Below, one piece after another: positions 1 through 10,405 of a stretch of DNA of 64,000 bases (the stretch's first letter is position 1; each line of letters begins with the position of its first letter). The notes beneath the pieces were generated by a model, which ran no database searches, was not told where the DNA came from, and worked only from the letters and a program-made list of their open reading frames with translations. The stretch comes from Candidatus Latescibacterota bacterium (GTDB lineage: Bacteria; Latescibacterota; UBA2968; GCA-2709665). The stretch is taken from positions 1,792,001 to 1,856,000 of the forward strand of contig OZ220733.1 in NCBI GenBank assembly GCA_965116875.1, in the 5' to 3' direction. The position numbers were made by a program, and so were the translations under genes.

Positions 1-830
1 TATCGGCTCCTGGTTTCTGATACCTGAAGATCTTCAATGCGGCGTTCGACTTCCAGTGGGCTCAGATAATCAGGGAGCATAATGTAAGTGCTCACTGCAC
101 TGACGTTCAAGCCGCGTTCTTGATTGTCCGGTTTTAATGAGGAAAGAAAGTCAAAGCGAATGGTGGAGTTCCTGGGAATGTCCCTGATCACACCGGTTAT
201 CGTCATTTCCTGAGTCGGTCGAGCGTCTGCGAATTCGTCCTTGGATTCAGGGGGTTTGCTTTGTCGACCTATCGAAATCACGTTCAAGCCGGATGCTCCC
301 ACGGTGAATACTGCCGCCTCGATGTCTTGAACCGAGATTGTCTTTCCAATCGGGTCCTCACCCGGGAAATACTTATCGGCCATTGTTTCAGTTATGACGA
401 CATAGTCTGGATCCGACAATGCGGTGGCAGGGTCTCCCTTGATCAGAGGAAAGGAGAAGACGTCCAGAATCTCTGGGTCTGCAAAAAGGAAATCTGCCTT
501 GGTCGTCTCACCAGCGCGCCCAATCACGCGTCCACCGGGATCCAATCTCACGCATTGGACATCCGGCTGAGCTTCTGACAACTTTGGTGCTAACGTGATC
601 TCCGTCCTTTCAGACAAGTAAACCGCATCATTAACCTTTAGCTCCCTTACAATCCGGTAAATCCGATCCGCGTTTTCGTGAAACCCGTCGTACGTCCACT
701 CGTATCGCACAAACAGGAACGCCAGCAGGCAAAATGAAATCGCGATGCCGAGGCCGACGACGTTGATCGCGGCATAGAGCGGATGCCGCAGCAGGTTTCG
801 CCAGGCCACCTTGAGATAATTCCAGAACAT
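1..830 (-). CDS. ABC transporter permease (MacB/FtsX-like), 3' end runs off the window
   Basis: Manual translation from ATG at 830: MFWNYLKVAWRNLLRHPLYAAINVVGLGIAISFCLLAFLFVRYEWTYDGFHENADRIYRIV...FADPEILDVFSFPLIKGDPATALSDP...ITGVIRDIPRNSTIRFDFL, typical of MacB periplasmic-core permeases. Absent from the ORF track because it has no stop in the window. Confidence 0.9.
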   Translation of the reverse strand, partial: MFWNYLKVAWRNLLRHPLYAAINVVGLGIAISFCLLAFLFVRYEWTYDGFHENADRIYRIVRELKVNDAVYLSERTEITLAPKLSEAQPDVQCVRLDPGGRVIGRAGETTKADFLFADPEILDVFSFPLIKGDPATALSDPDYVVITETMADKYFPGEDPIGKTISVQDIEAAVFTVGASGLNVISIGRQSKPPESKDEFADARPTQEMTITGVIRDIPRNSTIRFDFLSSLKPDNQERGLNVSAVSTYIMLPDYLSPLEVERRIEDLQVSETRSR

Positions 831-921
831 CAATAGACTCCTCTTGGATTGGATTCATCGATGAAATGTCCGCGCATATGGGTTTACCGCGCGTTGACCT
901 CATGGACAGTCGAGAAGACGG

Positions 922-1012
922 GAGATTCTTCGCTCCACTACGAATGACATGGCTTGCAATAACCATTGGCGAAATGAACCGGCCAGATCTTCGCTCCGCT
1001 CTGAATGACATG
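922..1012. repeat. Two degenerate copies of a REP-like unit AGAT(T)CTTCGCTCC...GAATGACATG
   Basis: Copies at 922-951 and 985-1012, in the permease 5' leader. Confidence 0.55.
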
Positions 1013-1063
1013 CTGGCCGATTGCCGAACACGATGCTTCCCGCTGTCACCCTGGTAGAACATC

Positions 1064-1079
1064 AGCAATGGGCGTGCCA
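1064..1079 (-). promoter_or_regulatory. sigma54 (-24/-12) promoter facing the ABC permease
   Basis: Minus strand TGGCACGCCCATTGCT matches the consensus TGGCACG-N4-TTGCW exactly. Confidence 0.85.
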
Positions 1080-1142
1080 TGTGGATTTCGCCCGATTTTA
1101 CAGGGATTTAGCGCTGGGTCGACGAAAACGCCGGCCTCTGAG

Positions 1143-1179
1143 TGTCCGATAATGATACAGTAGTGTGCGAAAATGAACA
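1143..1179. promoter_or_regulatory. Tandem candidate enhancer (UAS) sites for the sigma54 activator
   Basis: TGTCCGATAATGATACA (1143) and TGTGCGAAAATGAACA (1164): TGT...ACA boxes 21 bp apart, between two divergent sigma54 promoters. Confidence 0.55.
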
Positions 1180-1267
1180 CGCGGGCGGCGCCGGTCCTCG
1201 AACCGCTTGACAGGATAAGTCTCTGTGATCATTATGGTTGTGTGTGATTTCGATCCGGGAGGTGTAT

Positions 1268-1283
1268 TGGCACGAAAAATGCG
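1268..1283 (+). promoter_or_regulatory. sigma54 promoter upstream of the response regulator
   Basis: TGGCACGAAAAATGCG with GG-N10-GC spacing, ~25 bp before the ATG at 1309. Confidence 0.65.
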
Positions 1284-1308
1284 TCATAATGGACTGATAG
1301 AGGCTTCC

Positions 1309-2685
1309 ATGAAGACATTCGACAAAATCCTGATTGTGGACGACGACCGCGACGTGCTGCTGGCCGCACAACTCTTCCTCAAGCAGCACGCGGGCCGTGT
1401 GGATACCGAAGCCGATCCCGAGCGCATTCCCGAACTGCTGCAGAACGACGCATACGACGTGATCCTCCTGGATATGAACTTCGCGCAGGACGCCACGTCC
1501 GGAAGGGAAGGATTTCACTGGCTCGGCAGGATCCTGGAGATGGATCCGTCCGCCGTTGTGGTCCTGATCACGGCGTTCGGCGACGTCAATACCGCTGTGC
1601 GGGCCATACGGGAAGGCGCCACGGACTTTGTCCTCAAGCCCTGGCAGAACGAGAAACTGCTGGCCACGTTGTCGTCCGCGGCCAGGCTCCGCCGGTCGCG
1701 GCTCGACGTCTTCCGGCTGCGCTCCCGCCAGCGGCAGATCCACGCCGACCTGGACAGACAGTTTCCGGGCATCGTGGCCGTCTCTCCGGTGATGCGCGAC
1801 GTTTTCGAGACCATTCGGAAGGTCGCCGCCACCGACGCCAACGTGCTCATCCTGGGCGACAACGGAACGGGCAAAGACGCGGTCGCCCGTGCCCTTCACC
1901 GTCATTCCGGGCGCGCGGACCAGGTCTTCATCCACGTGGACCTCGGCGCCGTACCTGAGACCCTCTTCGAGAGCGAACTCTTCGGGCACAAAAAAGGCGC
2001 CTTTACAGACGCCAGGGAAGACCGTGCGGGTCGATTCGAAACGGCGTCGGGCGGGACGCTGTTTCTGGATGAGATCGGCAACCTGTCACTGCCGCTTCAG
2101 GCAAAGCTGCTCACCGTACTCGAGAAACGCACGGTCTTTCGCCTGGGCACCAACAAACCGGTCCCCATCGATATCCGGCTCGTCTGCGCCACCAATACGC
2201 CCATCCACGACCTGGCCGCGCGAAACGAATTTCGCCAGGACCTGCTCTACCGCGTCAACACCGTTGAAATCCGGCTCCCGCCGCTCCGGGAGCGCCGCGA
2301 AGACCTGCCGCTGCTCATCGGCAGTTTCCTGGACCGGTATTGCAGGAAGTACAAGAAGCCCCGCATCGGTCTGCATCCCGGCACCCTGGAAAAACTCAAG
2401 GGGTACTCCTGGCCCGGAAACGTCCGCGAACTGCAGCACGCCATCGAACGCGCGGTCATCATGAACGAAAACGGAACGATGCAGCCGTCCGACTTTCCGC
2501 TCAGTGCGCCGGAAACCACGGCGGGCGACCACATTCACTGCGAAGACTTCAACCTCGAACGCATCGAGAAGACCGCGATCCGCAAGGCCATCGAGAAGCA
2601 CGAGGGCAACATCAGCCACACGGCCCGGGAACTGGGCATTACACGCAGCGCACTTTACCGCAGGCTGGATAAATATGGTCTATAG
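1309..2685 (+). CDS. sigma54-dependent response regulator (NtrC/AtoC family: REC, AAA+, Fis-HTH)
   Basis: [52 protein letters not shown] and a C-terminal HTH. Start placed at MKTFDK (1309). Confidence 0.95.
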   Translation: MKTFDKILIVDDDRDVLLAAQLFLKQHAGRVDTEADPERIPELLQNDAYDVILLDMNFAQDATSGREGFHWLGRILEMDPSAVVVLITAFGDVNTAVRAIREGATDFVLKPWQNEKLLATLSSAARLRRSRLDVFRLRSRQRQIHADLDRQFPGIVAVSPVMRDVFETIRKVAATDANVLILGDNGTGKDAVARALHRHSGRADQVFIHVDLGAVPETLFESELFGHKKGAFTDAREDRAGRFETASGGTLFLDEIGNLSLPLQAKLLTVLEKRTVFRLGTNKPVPIDIRLVCATNTPIHDLAARNEFRQDLLYRVNTVEIRLPPLRERREDLPLLIGSFLDRYCRKYKKPRIGLHPGTLEKLKGYSWPGNVRELQHAIERAVIMNENGTMQPSDFPLSAPETTAGDHIHCEDFNLERIEKTAIRKAIEKHEGNISHTARELGITRSALYRRLDKYGL

Positions 2686-4018
2686 ACACTTCCGGACGCT
2701 CTGCATCGTGCGGGTGGCCTTCCTCTGCGCCACCATCTGCGCCCTTGCGTACGTCCTCTTCGAAACGTCCTACTACACCACCGTCCTCATCCTGGCCGGC
2801 ATCACGCTCTACCAGGCCTATGCCCTCATTCACTACGTCGAGCGCACCAACCGGGACCTCACGCGCTTCCTGCAGGCCATCCGATACGAGGACTTCTCCC
2901 AGTCCTTCAGCGGCCGGGGACTCGGTTCCGCCTTCGACGACCTGAAAAAGGCGTTCAACGAGGTGCTGAACGCCTTCCGGAGGACGCGCGCGGAAAAGGA
3001 GGAGAACTTCCAATACCTGCAGACCGTGGTCCAGCACGTGGGCGTTGGCCTGGTCTGCTACGGGTCCGACGGCCGCATCGAGCTGATGAACACCGCCGCC
3101 CAACGCCTGCTTCGCCGGCCCCATATCCACAACGTGCGGGAACTCGAGGAGGTGAGTCAGACCCTTGCCGACACGCTTCTCACGCTGGGCCCGGGCCACC
3201 GGACCCTGGTCAAGGTCCAGGACGAGGACGAACTCCTTCAGATCATCATCCACGCCACGGAGATCCGGATGCGCGGCGAGTCGTTCATTCTGGCTTCGGT
3301 GCAGGACATCCAGAGCGAACTTGAAGAACAGGAAATGGAAGCGTGGCAGAAACTCATCCGGGTGCTCATCCACGAAATCATGAATTCGATCACGCCCATT
3401 TCGTCCCTCGCATCCACGATACGAGGCCACTTTCCCGAATCCAATCGTCCGTCCGCGCTCGATCCGCAGACCGCGGCAGACGTAAGCGCCGCGCTCGAGA
3501 CGATACAATCGCGGAGCGACGGCCTGCGACAGTTCGTGGACACCTACCGCCAGCTCACGCGGATCCCCCGGCCCGACTTCCGGATCTGTCCTGTCGCCGG
3601 GCTTTTCGACCGCGTTGCGTCCCTCATGAATCCGGAATGCGAATCCGCGGGCATCGCCCTGCGCACGCGGGTCGAACCCGGGTCCCTGGAAGTCACGGCC
3701 GATCCCAACCTCGTGGAGCAGGCGCTCATCAATCTCGTACGAAACGCGGCGGAAGCCCTGGCCGGGCGCGATCAGGCCCGCGTCGACCTCAATGCGGGCC
3801 TGGACCGAAGGGGGCGCGTGCTCATCCGCGTACGCGACAACGGCCCTGGCATCCTCGACGACGTGCAGGACCGCATCTTCATCCCCTTCTTCACGACCAG
3901 ACAGGAGGGGTCGGGCATCGGGTTATCGCTTTGCCGGCAGATCATGCGCCAGCATCGCGGCGCTATCAGCGTTCAATCCACGCCCGGTGAAGAAACCGTA
4001 TTCACCCTCCGGTTCTGA
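2675..4018 (+). CDS. Sensor histidine kinase (2 TM, PAS-like, HisKA/HATPase; NtrY-like)
   Basis: VLIHEIMNSITPI H-box, LINLVRNA N-box, DNGPGI, FIPFFTT, GSGIGL. ATG at 2675 overlaps the end of the regulator. Confidence 0.93.
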   Translation: MVYRHFRTLCIVRVAFLCATICALAYVLFETSYYTTVLILAGITLYQAYALIHYVERTNRDLTRFLQAIRYEDFSQSFSGRGLGSAFDDLKKAFNEVLNAFRRTRAEKEENFQYLQTVVQHVGVGLVCYGSDGRIELMNTAAQRLLRRPHIHNVRELEEVSQTLADTLLTLGPGHRTLVKVQDEDELLQIIIHATEIRMRGESFILASVQDIQSELEEQEMEAWQKLIRVLIHEIMNSITPISSLASTIRGHFPESNRPSALDPQTAADVSAALETIQSRSDGLRQFVDTYRQLTRIPRPDFRICPVAGLFDRVASLMNPECESAGIALRTRVEPGSLEVTADPNLVEQALINLVRNAAEALAGRDQARVDLNAGLDRRGRVLIRVRDNGPGILDDVQDRIFIPFFTTRQEGSGIGLSLCRQIMRQHRGAISVQSTPGEETVFTLRF

Positions 4019-4033
4019 CCCCCAGCCCGCCCG

Positions 4034-5575
4034 CTATCCCCAATCCTCCAGGATGGCCTTCGCGGCGTTGTGCCCCGGGGCGCCGGTCACCTCGCCGCCC
4101 GGGTGGGTACCCGCGCCGCAGAGATAGAGGTTGGGGACCGGCGTGGCGTAGCGCGACCATCCGCCGAGGGGGCGCTGGGCGAGGAACTGGTCCGGCACGG
4201 TGTCCAGATGTCTGATATTGCCGTCGGTAAGGCCAACCCTCTCCTCCAGATCATACGGCGTGAATAGCGACCAATCCACCAGAATCTCCCGGAGATTCGG
4301 CGCATAAATCGACAGCGTATCGATCATGCGCTCGCCCACCTCTTCGCGTCTCTCCTCCCACGTGCCGTCGCGCGGCTGCACGGGCGCGTAAAGGGCCCAG
4401 ACGGACATGACGTGGTGGCCGGGCGGCGCCATCGTGTCGTCGTAGACAGAGGGTATCTGCACTTCCAATACGGGTTCGCTCGCGGGATCCCCCCGCCTGG
4501 CCTCGTCCCAGGCGCGGACGAAGTAGTCGATGGACGGACAGATCTTGATTTCGGCCATCCAGCGCGGATCGAAACCGGATTCGCCCCTCGCGAAGTCCGG
4601 TAGGCCGGAAAGCGCCGCGTGGAACTTCAGGTAGGCCGTCCGGGTCTTCAGACGATTCGCCCTTGCAAGAAATCGTCCATCCAGCGAATCCGGCGGCAGC
4701 AGCTTCAGAAACGTCCGCTTGGGATCGGCATTGGAGACCACGATCCGGCTGCGGATCTCCGTCCCGTCGGCAAGCGTCACGCCGCAGGCCCGTCCCTCTT
4801 CCAGCAGGATTTGTTGAACTTCCGCTCCCGTCTGCAAGACCGCATCGCGAGACCGCGCGGCCCTCGCGAGCGCGTTGGCGATTCCGCCCATCCCGCCCTT
4901 GACGATGCCCACGTTCTCCGGCCGGCCGAACACGTTGCATTTGATGTACGCGTAACACCACGCGCTGCCCGGCGCCGCCGGGTCACCCACGTCCTGCGCC
5001 TGAATGAACGCGCCCTGGGCCTCATCGGACTCGAAGAACTCCGTCACGAGGTCGGTCATGCTGGTCGTGAGCAGGCGGTCCAGAAACTCTTCGTCGGGCG
5101 TGCCCTTGAGCCGCGAGGCAATCTCCCCGATCGTAGGCGGCGCCGCCAGGAAATACGGGTAGATGATTCCCGCGGCGCGTTCCCAGAAAGCCAGCCACTC
5201 GGGATAGGCCTCCGCGTCCTTTCGCGAGAACCGCGCGAGTTCGTCCTGGCTGCGTTCCAGGTCGTCCCAGAGGCGAAGCGCGGACCCGTCGGGGAAGGGC
5301 TGGTGACGGGAGGGGTCGAGATGATAGACCTCGAATCCGTGCTTCCGCAGATCCAGGTCATCGATCACCCTGTCCTGCAGCAGGTGGCAGATGTAGGAAC
5401 AGGACGAAAACCGGTACCCGGGAAAGAGTTCCTCGGTTGCGCAGGCGCCGCCCAGAAGGTCGCGGCGTTCCAGCAACAGCACGTCCATTCCAGCTTCCGC
5501 CAGGTAGGACGCCGCAACCAGCCCGTTGTGTCCGCCTCCCAGAATCACTGCATCGCAATCTACAGTGGCCATCAT
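4034..5575 (-). CDS. Phytoene dehydrogenase-family (PYROXD2-like) FAD-dependent oxidoreductase
   Basis: GGGHNGLVAA, LERRDLLGGAC, and C-terminal LYLCGAGTHPGGEVTGAPGHNAA. Confidence 0.88.
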   Translation of the reverse strand: MMATVDCDAVILGGGHNGLVAASYLAEAGMDVLLLERRDLLGGACATEELFPGYRFSSCSYICHLLQDRVIDDLDLRKHGFEVYHLDPSRHQPFPDGSALRLWDDLERSQDELARFSRKDAEAYPEWLAFWERAAGIIYPYFLAAPPTIGEIASRLKGTPDEEFLDRLLTTSMTDLVTEFFESDEAQGAFIQAQDVGDPAAPGSAWCYAYIKCNVFGRPENVGIVKGGMGGIANALARAARSRDAVLQTGAEVQQILLEEGRACGVTLADGTEIRSRIVVSNADPKRTFLKLLPPDSLDGRFLARANRLKTRTAYLKFHAALSGLPDFARGESGFDPRWMAEIKICPSIDYFVRAWDEARRGDPASEPVLEVQIPSVYDDTMAPPGHHVMSVWALYAPVQPRDGTWEERREEVGERMIDTLSIYAPNLREILVDWSLFTPYDLEERVGLTDGNIRHLDTVPDQFLAQRPLGGWSRYATPVPNLYLCGAGTHPGGEVTGAPGHNAAKAILEDWG

Positions 5576-5692
5576 TCGTTCTCCACAATATATGTTTCGC
5601 TGGTACCAGTCAGCGACAGGCTCATGGATCGGTTAATCCATGCCGGGAGAGGTGAGACGGAAGACGGAAGAGGGCCGCCCACGTCATAGCCA

Positions 5693-6010
5693 TCATCGAA
5701 CCCCCCAGCCGTTTTCCACCAACCAGTCACGGACCCTTTGACGGCAATCTCCCTGCAACTCGATCGTTTCCCCCCGAATCGTCCCTCCCGTTCCACAGGC
5801 TTCTCTCAAGGCACGCGCCAGGTCCTTCATATCTCCCTTCACCAGCACCAGACCTTCCGCCAGTGTTACGACCTTGCCCCGCTTCCTCTTCTCAAGTCGA
5901 ATCCGGATCCGCTGCTCCTCCGGCGCGCGTGAGACCAGCGGTTCCATGTCGGAGTCAGGCACGTCATCGGACACAAACGCCCATCCCTCTCCGGATACTC
6001 GCTTAATCAC
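5693..6010 (-). CDS. yciH: SUI1/eIF1-like translation initiation factor (YciH)
   Basis: RIRLEKRKRGKVVT, LREACGTGGT, IELQGD. Start uncertain; GTG at 6010 chosen. Confidence 0.85.
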   Translation of the reverse strand: MIKRVSGEGWAFVSDDVPDSDMEPLVSRAPEEQRIRIRLEKRKRGKVVTLAEGLVLVKGDMKDLARALREACGTGGTIRGETIELQGDCRQRVRDWLVENGWGVR

Positions 6011-6181
6011 CTGGTGTCTCCCGAAAATGGGGTACGCTGGTACAATTGTGCGGCACGTCAACCTCAATTCGAAAAAAGGCAACCGCGAAAATGGCCACAA
6101 AAGGTATCGGTGAGATTCGGCGCGTGTCGCAACGCCGTCGGCCTGAAGTATCCTGGAAATCCGAAGTTAAATCGCCTTACT

Positions 6182-7384
6182 TTACTTGCGCATTATCGAA
6201 TGAACGTCCCCGAAATCCGGCACCTCCGTCAGCGCGCCTCCGTTCATCGCGGACTGGTGCGCCACCAGCCCCGGAACCAGGTACCTCGCCGCCTGCCACA
6301 CGTTGTTGGGCGGCGTTCGGCCCGTCACGCACGCCGTCACGAAATCGTGTACGAGGAACTGGTGCGCGCCCTTGTGCCCGTTTCCCAGGCCGATGAACTC
6401 CCTCGGCAGCAGGTGTACCGGGTGCACCGGAGACGCCCCCTGGTGCGTGCCGTCGTCCCCCGTAACCGCGCCCATCGGGTCATCGGCCGGAGCGGCCGGC
6501 ACGCCTCCGCAGGACAGGTCCGAGGTCAGGTCCACGCATGTGTTCCGGTCTTTGGTGATCCACACCTGCCCTCCCACCTGCTCCTCGTATCCGGCATCCG
6601 TTCCGTACAGGCTCATCCCCACGGTGCCGGGATGTCCGATCCGCCGGAACTCGTTGAACCGCGCCATGCTTCCGTCCGACATTCTGCACAACATGGTCTG
6701 GTTGCTGAACGGGTTCTTCCAGACATTGTCCTCACGCGCATAGAGATTGTCTTCATGCCGGTCCGTGAACCCCATTCCGCTCACGTGCGTGGCGTGCGCC
6801 CCGGTGACAGACACGATCATGCTGGTCGAATGCGTGGGATAATGAAGCGGCGGGGACCCGAAAAGCTGCTTCCATTTCTCGCCATGCCGCCATTGCGCGA
6901 CCGCGTACAGTCCGTGCGAGTAATCGTGGTAATACTCCGCCTCCCCGTACACGATATGTCCGAAGTCTCCCTTCTGAAACCGGTTCCGGCAATAGATCGT
7001 ACAGGGGTAATAGTAACTCGTCTCCCCGATCATATACGTCAGGCCCGTCTCCTCGACCGCCCTGACAAGCTCCGTGATTTCATCCAGCGTCACGGCCGAC
7101 GGTACCGCCGAATACACGTGCTTGCCGCTGCGCAACGCCTGGACCGCCTGTGGTCCGTGCAGATGGTGCTGGGTAATGATCGCGATCGCGTCCACGTCGG
7201 AAATGCACAGCGCATCGAGCGACGGGGATGTGTCCGGAACGTCGAAACGCGCCGATTTCTCCGCCAGTTTCTCCGCGTCCAGGTCGCATAACACCAGGTG
7301 GTCGACGCCCGGATGCGCCTTGAACAGAGGGATGAACGAATTCGCAAATGCTCCGGTGCCGCAGATTCCGAGACGGATACCCAT
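6182..7384 (-). CDS. Gfo/Idh/MocA family oxidoreductase
   Basis: GICGTGAF Rossmann start, GKHVYSAVP, YGEAEYYHD, YPTHS. Confidence 0.88.
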   Translation of the reverse strand: MGIRLGICGTGAFANSFIPLFKAHPGVDHLVLCDLDAEKLAEKSARFDVPDTSPSLDALCISDVDAIAIITQHHLHGPQAVQALRSGKHVYSAVPSAVTLDEITELVRAVEETGLTYMIGETSYYYPCTIYCRNRFQKGDFGHIVYGEAEYYHDYSHGLYAVAQWRHGEKWKQLFGSPPLHYPTHSTSMIVSVTGAHATHVSGMGFTDRHEDNLYAREDNVWKNPFSNQTMLCRMSDGSMARFNEFRRIGHPGTVGMSLYGTDAGYEEQVGGQVWITKDRNTCVDLTSDLSCGGVPAAPADDPMGAVTGDDGTHQGASPVHPVHLLPREFIGLGNGHKGAHQFLVHDFVTACVTGRTPPNNVWQAARYLVPGLVAHQSAMNGGALTEVPDFGDVHSIMRK

Positions 7385-7403
7385 CGTAGCTCCAAGAGCA
7401 GCG

Positions 7404-7547
7404 GTCAGCTATCAGTTGTCAGCCGTCAGCTTTCAGCCAAAACCAAAAACCGAATCAGGTGACGTGTCAGCGCTATTGCACGGCCGATCGCGAATGGCGC
7501 AGACCTCTCTCCCCGGCCCTCTCTCCTAAAGGAAAGAGGGAGAAAGG
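7404..7547 (+). repeat. Dispersed composite repeat, copy 1 (TCAGC heptamers + core + CCCTCTC..GAGGG palindrome)
   Basis: 7419-7547 is a close reverse-complement match to 54689-54815. Confidence 0.85.
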
Positions 7548-7835
7548 CCGGATGTCGCCTTGACGGTCACCGAAAACATCCTGATCGACGGGACAATGCA
7601 GTCCCGTCACAATCTCAAACCCAATCCATCAGCCCATCACCGTTCCCCTTTCCTTCAGGAAGGGGTCAGGGGTAGGTCCGAAACGTACAGTCGATAAGAA
7701 ATACACGTGACCGGCGAATCGCAAGCCCTAAAGCGGCCGGCGAAGGGGCACGAAGGCGGCTCTGTGCGGCATGCGCGATGATTCTTGAACCGCCATTCCC
7801 CATTTCGTAAATTGCCCCAAACGAAAGGAGACGCC

Positions 7836-10160
7836 ATGGATCAATCCATGTTCGAAGACGACGCCATTGTTTCGGAATGGACCCTCTCGAGGGGCGAACA
7901 GACCGGGCAGATCGACCTCCCCCTGAATGCCGGCGACTGGGCCCTGGCAAACGAAATCCGCGCCGAGATCTTCCTGCCGGAAGGGGTGGACGACCAGATC
8001 TACTGCACGCTCACCTCGGGTCATCGAACCGAAGGTATGAGCCAGGACGACGGCTATTGGTTCAACGCCATCGTCTCCCCTCGCGGCGGCAACATCTGGG
8101 GGGGCTGGCGCGAGTTCCGCTTTCCCGCGGAGTGTTTTTATGCAGCCGGAATCCCAACGGCGGGGTGGGGCGATATGTCCTCGGGCGATATCCGCGTGCC
8201 GCCCGGAAGCCGTGTCCGGAATGTCCGCCTGGTCCAGCGCCGGATTGTCACCGGCCCGCGCATGACGGACGATGCCCTCATCTCCGCGATTGATCTGAAC
8301 CATCCGGGGCTCGAAGCCGCTTCACGGGCAACCGACCGCGAGGCCCGGCTTGCGGCGATCGCGGCGCACTTCCGTTCCAGCGGGTACGACCGGCGGCACA
8401 CAACGCCCGATCCGGGACCAGATGCCAACATCGAAGAAGCGGACCGGATCCTGGCCGGTTACATCATGGACCACCACTGGCCCGACGGCGTGGACTGGGA
8501 CGCCAACCCGTACGGATATATCGAGTGGTCCATCATCATCCACGCGTTCTACTATTTCAAGGCCCTCGAACGCGCGTGGGCAAAGACCCGGGACCCCAGA
8601 TATCCCAAAGGAATCGAGTCCATCCTGCGCGACTGGATGCGCAAAACCCCCGTGCCCTACGACGTCCGGGCAGGCGGCCTGGCCTGGGGGCATTCTCTGA
8701 TCGTGAGCATGCGGGCGTTCAATACGCTGGTCGACGCGTTTACCGTGCTCTGCGACTGTCCGGAGACCGAAGACCGGACCATCCTGGACCTGCTCAAGTC
8801 CATCTACGAACACGCGGTCTACCTCCTGAAGTTCGAATCCTTCCCGCCTTCCAACAAAACCATTTCGGAAGGCAGGTCTCTGCTCGCAACTGCCTGCTCC
8901 TTCCCCGAATTCAAAGACGCCGAGGCCTGGTACGAGGCCGCCGGCCGGCGTCTCATCAACGACATGGACATCCAGGTTTTTCCGGATGGCTCCTCTTACG
9001 AACTCACCCCGGGCTATCAGATCTCGATCGCTTCCTGGTTCCTGGATGCGTATAAGGTCGCGGGGAAGTTCGGCCGATCGCTGGATCCGGAACTGGAATC
9101 CGGCATCCGGCGCATGTACGACTGGTGCGTCTCCGTCAACCGTCCCGACTTCACGTTTCCGTCGATTTCGGACGCCGGCAGCCTGGACGGTAAATTCGGC
9201 GACGCGCTCGCCGGACCGGGCGCCATTCTGAAGAGCGAATCCGCTGCCTGGATCGGCAGTGAAGGCGAAGAAGGCAGCCCGCCGGACTACACTTCCATCG
9301 CCCACCGGGACTCCGGTTACTTCGTGATGCGCAGCGGCTGGGACCGCGACGCCCGATACCTCCTGTTCGAAGGAAGTCCGTACGGGCGTTTTCACCAGCA
9401 CGAAGACATGCTCTCGTTCGATCTCTACACCCACGGTCTGCCCTTCATCGTGGACCCCGGGATCACCTCATACTATCCGAACGACTGGACTTCATTTTAT
9501 CGGACAACCGAAGCGCACAACACGGTCCTGGTGGACGGCTGCGGGCAGAACCGCCGGGCCCGGACCGTTGCGGAATGGATTGAATCCGCACGCGACAAGA
9601 CGGTCTGGCGATCCGACGACCGCTCCGACGTGGCCATCGCCACGTACGACGCCGGGTATGCCGGGCTGGATGCAGACGTCGCCCACCGCCGGGTCGTGAT
9701 GTTCGTCAAACCCGATTACTTCCTGATCTTCGACGAACTCACGGGCGAAGGCCGCCGGACCTACGAGGCGCTCTTCCACTTCATGCCCTACCGCGTGCTG
9801 ATCGACCCGGAAAGCCGCGCCGTCCGGACCGGGCGTATGCATCCCCCCAACCTGGAAGTCCTCCCCCTCGTCAGAATGACGCCCCGCCTCGTCTGCGGCG
9901 GGAACGACCCGGTTCAGGGGTGGCTCGCAATGGACGGGCAGGACGTTCCCGCGCCCGTCGTCATCTACAGGAAACGGACGTCACTGCCGTTCCGGACCGG
10001 CTACGCCCTCGTACCCTTCACGGACGGCGTCAGCGCGGGCGTCACGTCGAGGATCACCCGCCGGGGCGATCTCTGGAACGTCCGCATCGCCCATCCCAAC
10101 GGGAAGGTGGACCGGATCCGCATGGACTGGTCCGACGCGAATGGGCCGGTGCTGGTTTAG
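7836..10160 (+). CDS. Heparinase II/III-family polysaccharide lyase-like protein
   Basis: DGSSYELTPGYQ, SGYFVMRSGW, HQHEDMLSF, VDPG, AHNTVLVDG. RBS AGGAG before the ATG at 7836; no signal peptide. Confidence 0.85.
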   Translation: MDQSMFEDDAIVSEWTLSRGEQTGQIDLPLNAGDWALANEIRAEIFLPEGVDDQIYCTLTSGHRTEGMSQDDGYWFNAIVSPRGGNIWGGWREFRFPAECFYAAGIPTAGWGDMSSGDIRVPPGSRVRNVRLVQRRIVTGPRMTDDALISAIDLNHPGLEAASRATDREARLAAIAAHFRSSGYDRRHTTPDPGPDANIEEADRILAGYIMDHHWPDGVDWDANPYGYIEWSIIIHAFYYFKALERAWAKTRDPRYPKGIESILRDWMRKTPVPYDVRAGGLAWGHSLIVSMRAFNTLVDAFTVLCDCPETEDRTILDLLKSIYEHAVYLLKFESFPPSNKTISEGRSLLATACSFPEFKDAEAWYEAAGRRLINDMDIQVFPDGSSYELTPGYQISIASWFLDAYKVAGKFGRSLDPELESGIRRMYDWCVSVNRPDFTFPSISDAGSLDGKFGDALAGPGAILKSESAAWIGSEGEEGSPPDYTSIAHRDSGYFVMRSGWDRDARYLLFEGSPYGRFHQHEDMLSFDLYTHGLPFIVDPGITSYYPNDWTSFYRTTEAHNTVLVDGCGQNRRARTVAEWIESARDKTVWRSDDRSDVAIATYDAGYAGLDADVAHRRVVMFVKPDYFLIFDELTGEGRRTYEALFHFMPYRVLIDPESRAVRTGRMHPPNLEVLPLVRMTPRLVCGGNDPVQGWLAMDGQDVPAPVVIYRKRTSLPFRTGYALVPFTDGVSAGVTSRITRRGDLWNVRIAHPNGKVDRIRMDWSDANGPVLV

Positions 10161-10213
10161 TCGTTCCACTGCGCAACAGGAACATACCCGATACACGGCA
10201 GAGGAGGAAGGAT

Positions 10214-10405
10214 ATGAAAATGCAAAAGTACATCTACTGGCAGGACGGCTCCGTGTTTCTGGGGTATCTCGAAGAGTTTCCCGACTACTGGACACAAGCC
10301 GAAACCATTGAAGCGCTGAAGGAGAACCTCATCGACATTTACAACGAACTCACGGGGGGAGCCATTCCCTGTGTGCGCCGGGTCGCCGAGCTACAGGTAT
10401 CATGA
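10214..10405 (+). CDS. hicB: HicB-family antitoxin (short form)
   Basis: MKMQKYIYWQDGSVFLGYLEEFPDYWTQAETIEALKENLIDIY; strong RBS GAGGAGGAAGG. Confidence 0.8.
   Translation: MKMQKYIYWQDGSVFLGYLEEFPDYWTQAETIEALKENLIDIYNELTGGAIPCVRRVAELQVS

Noticed and set aside
1995-2015. GAFTDA instead of GAFTGA in the activator
   Set aside because: A common variant in this subfamily, and adjacent sigma54 promoters argue it is functional.
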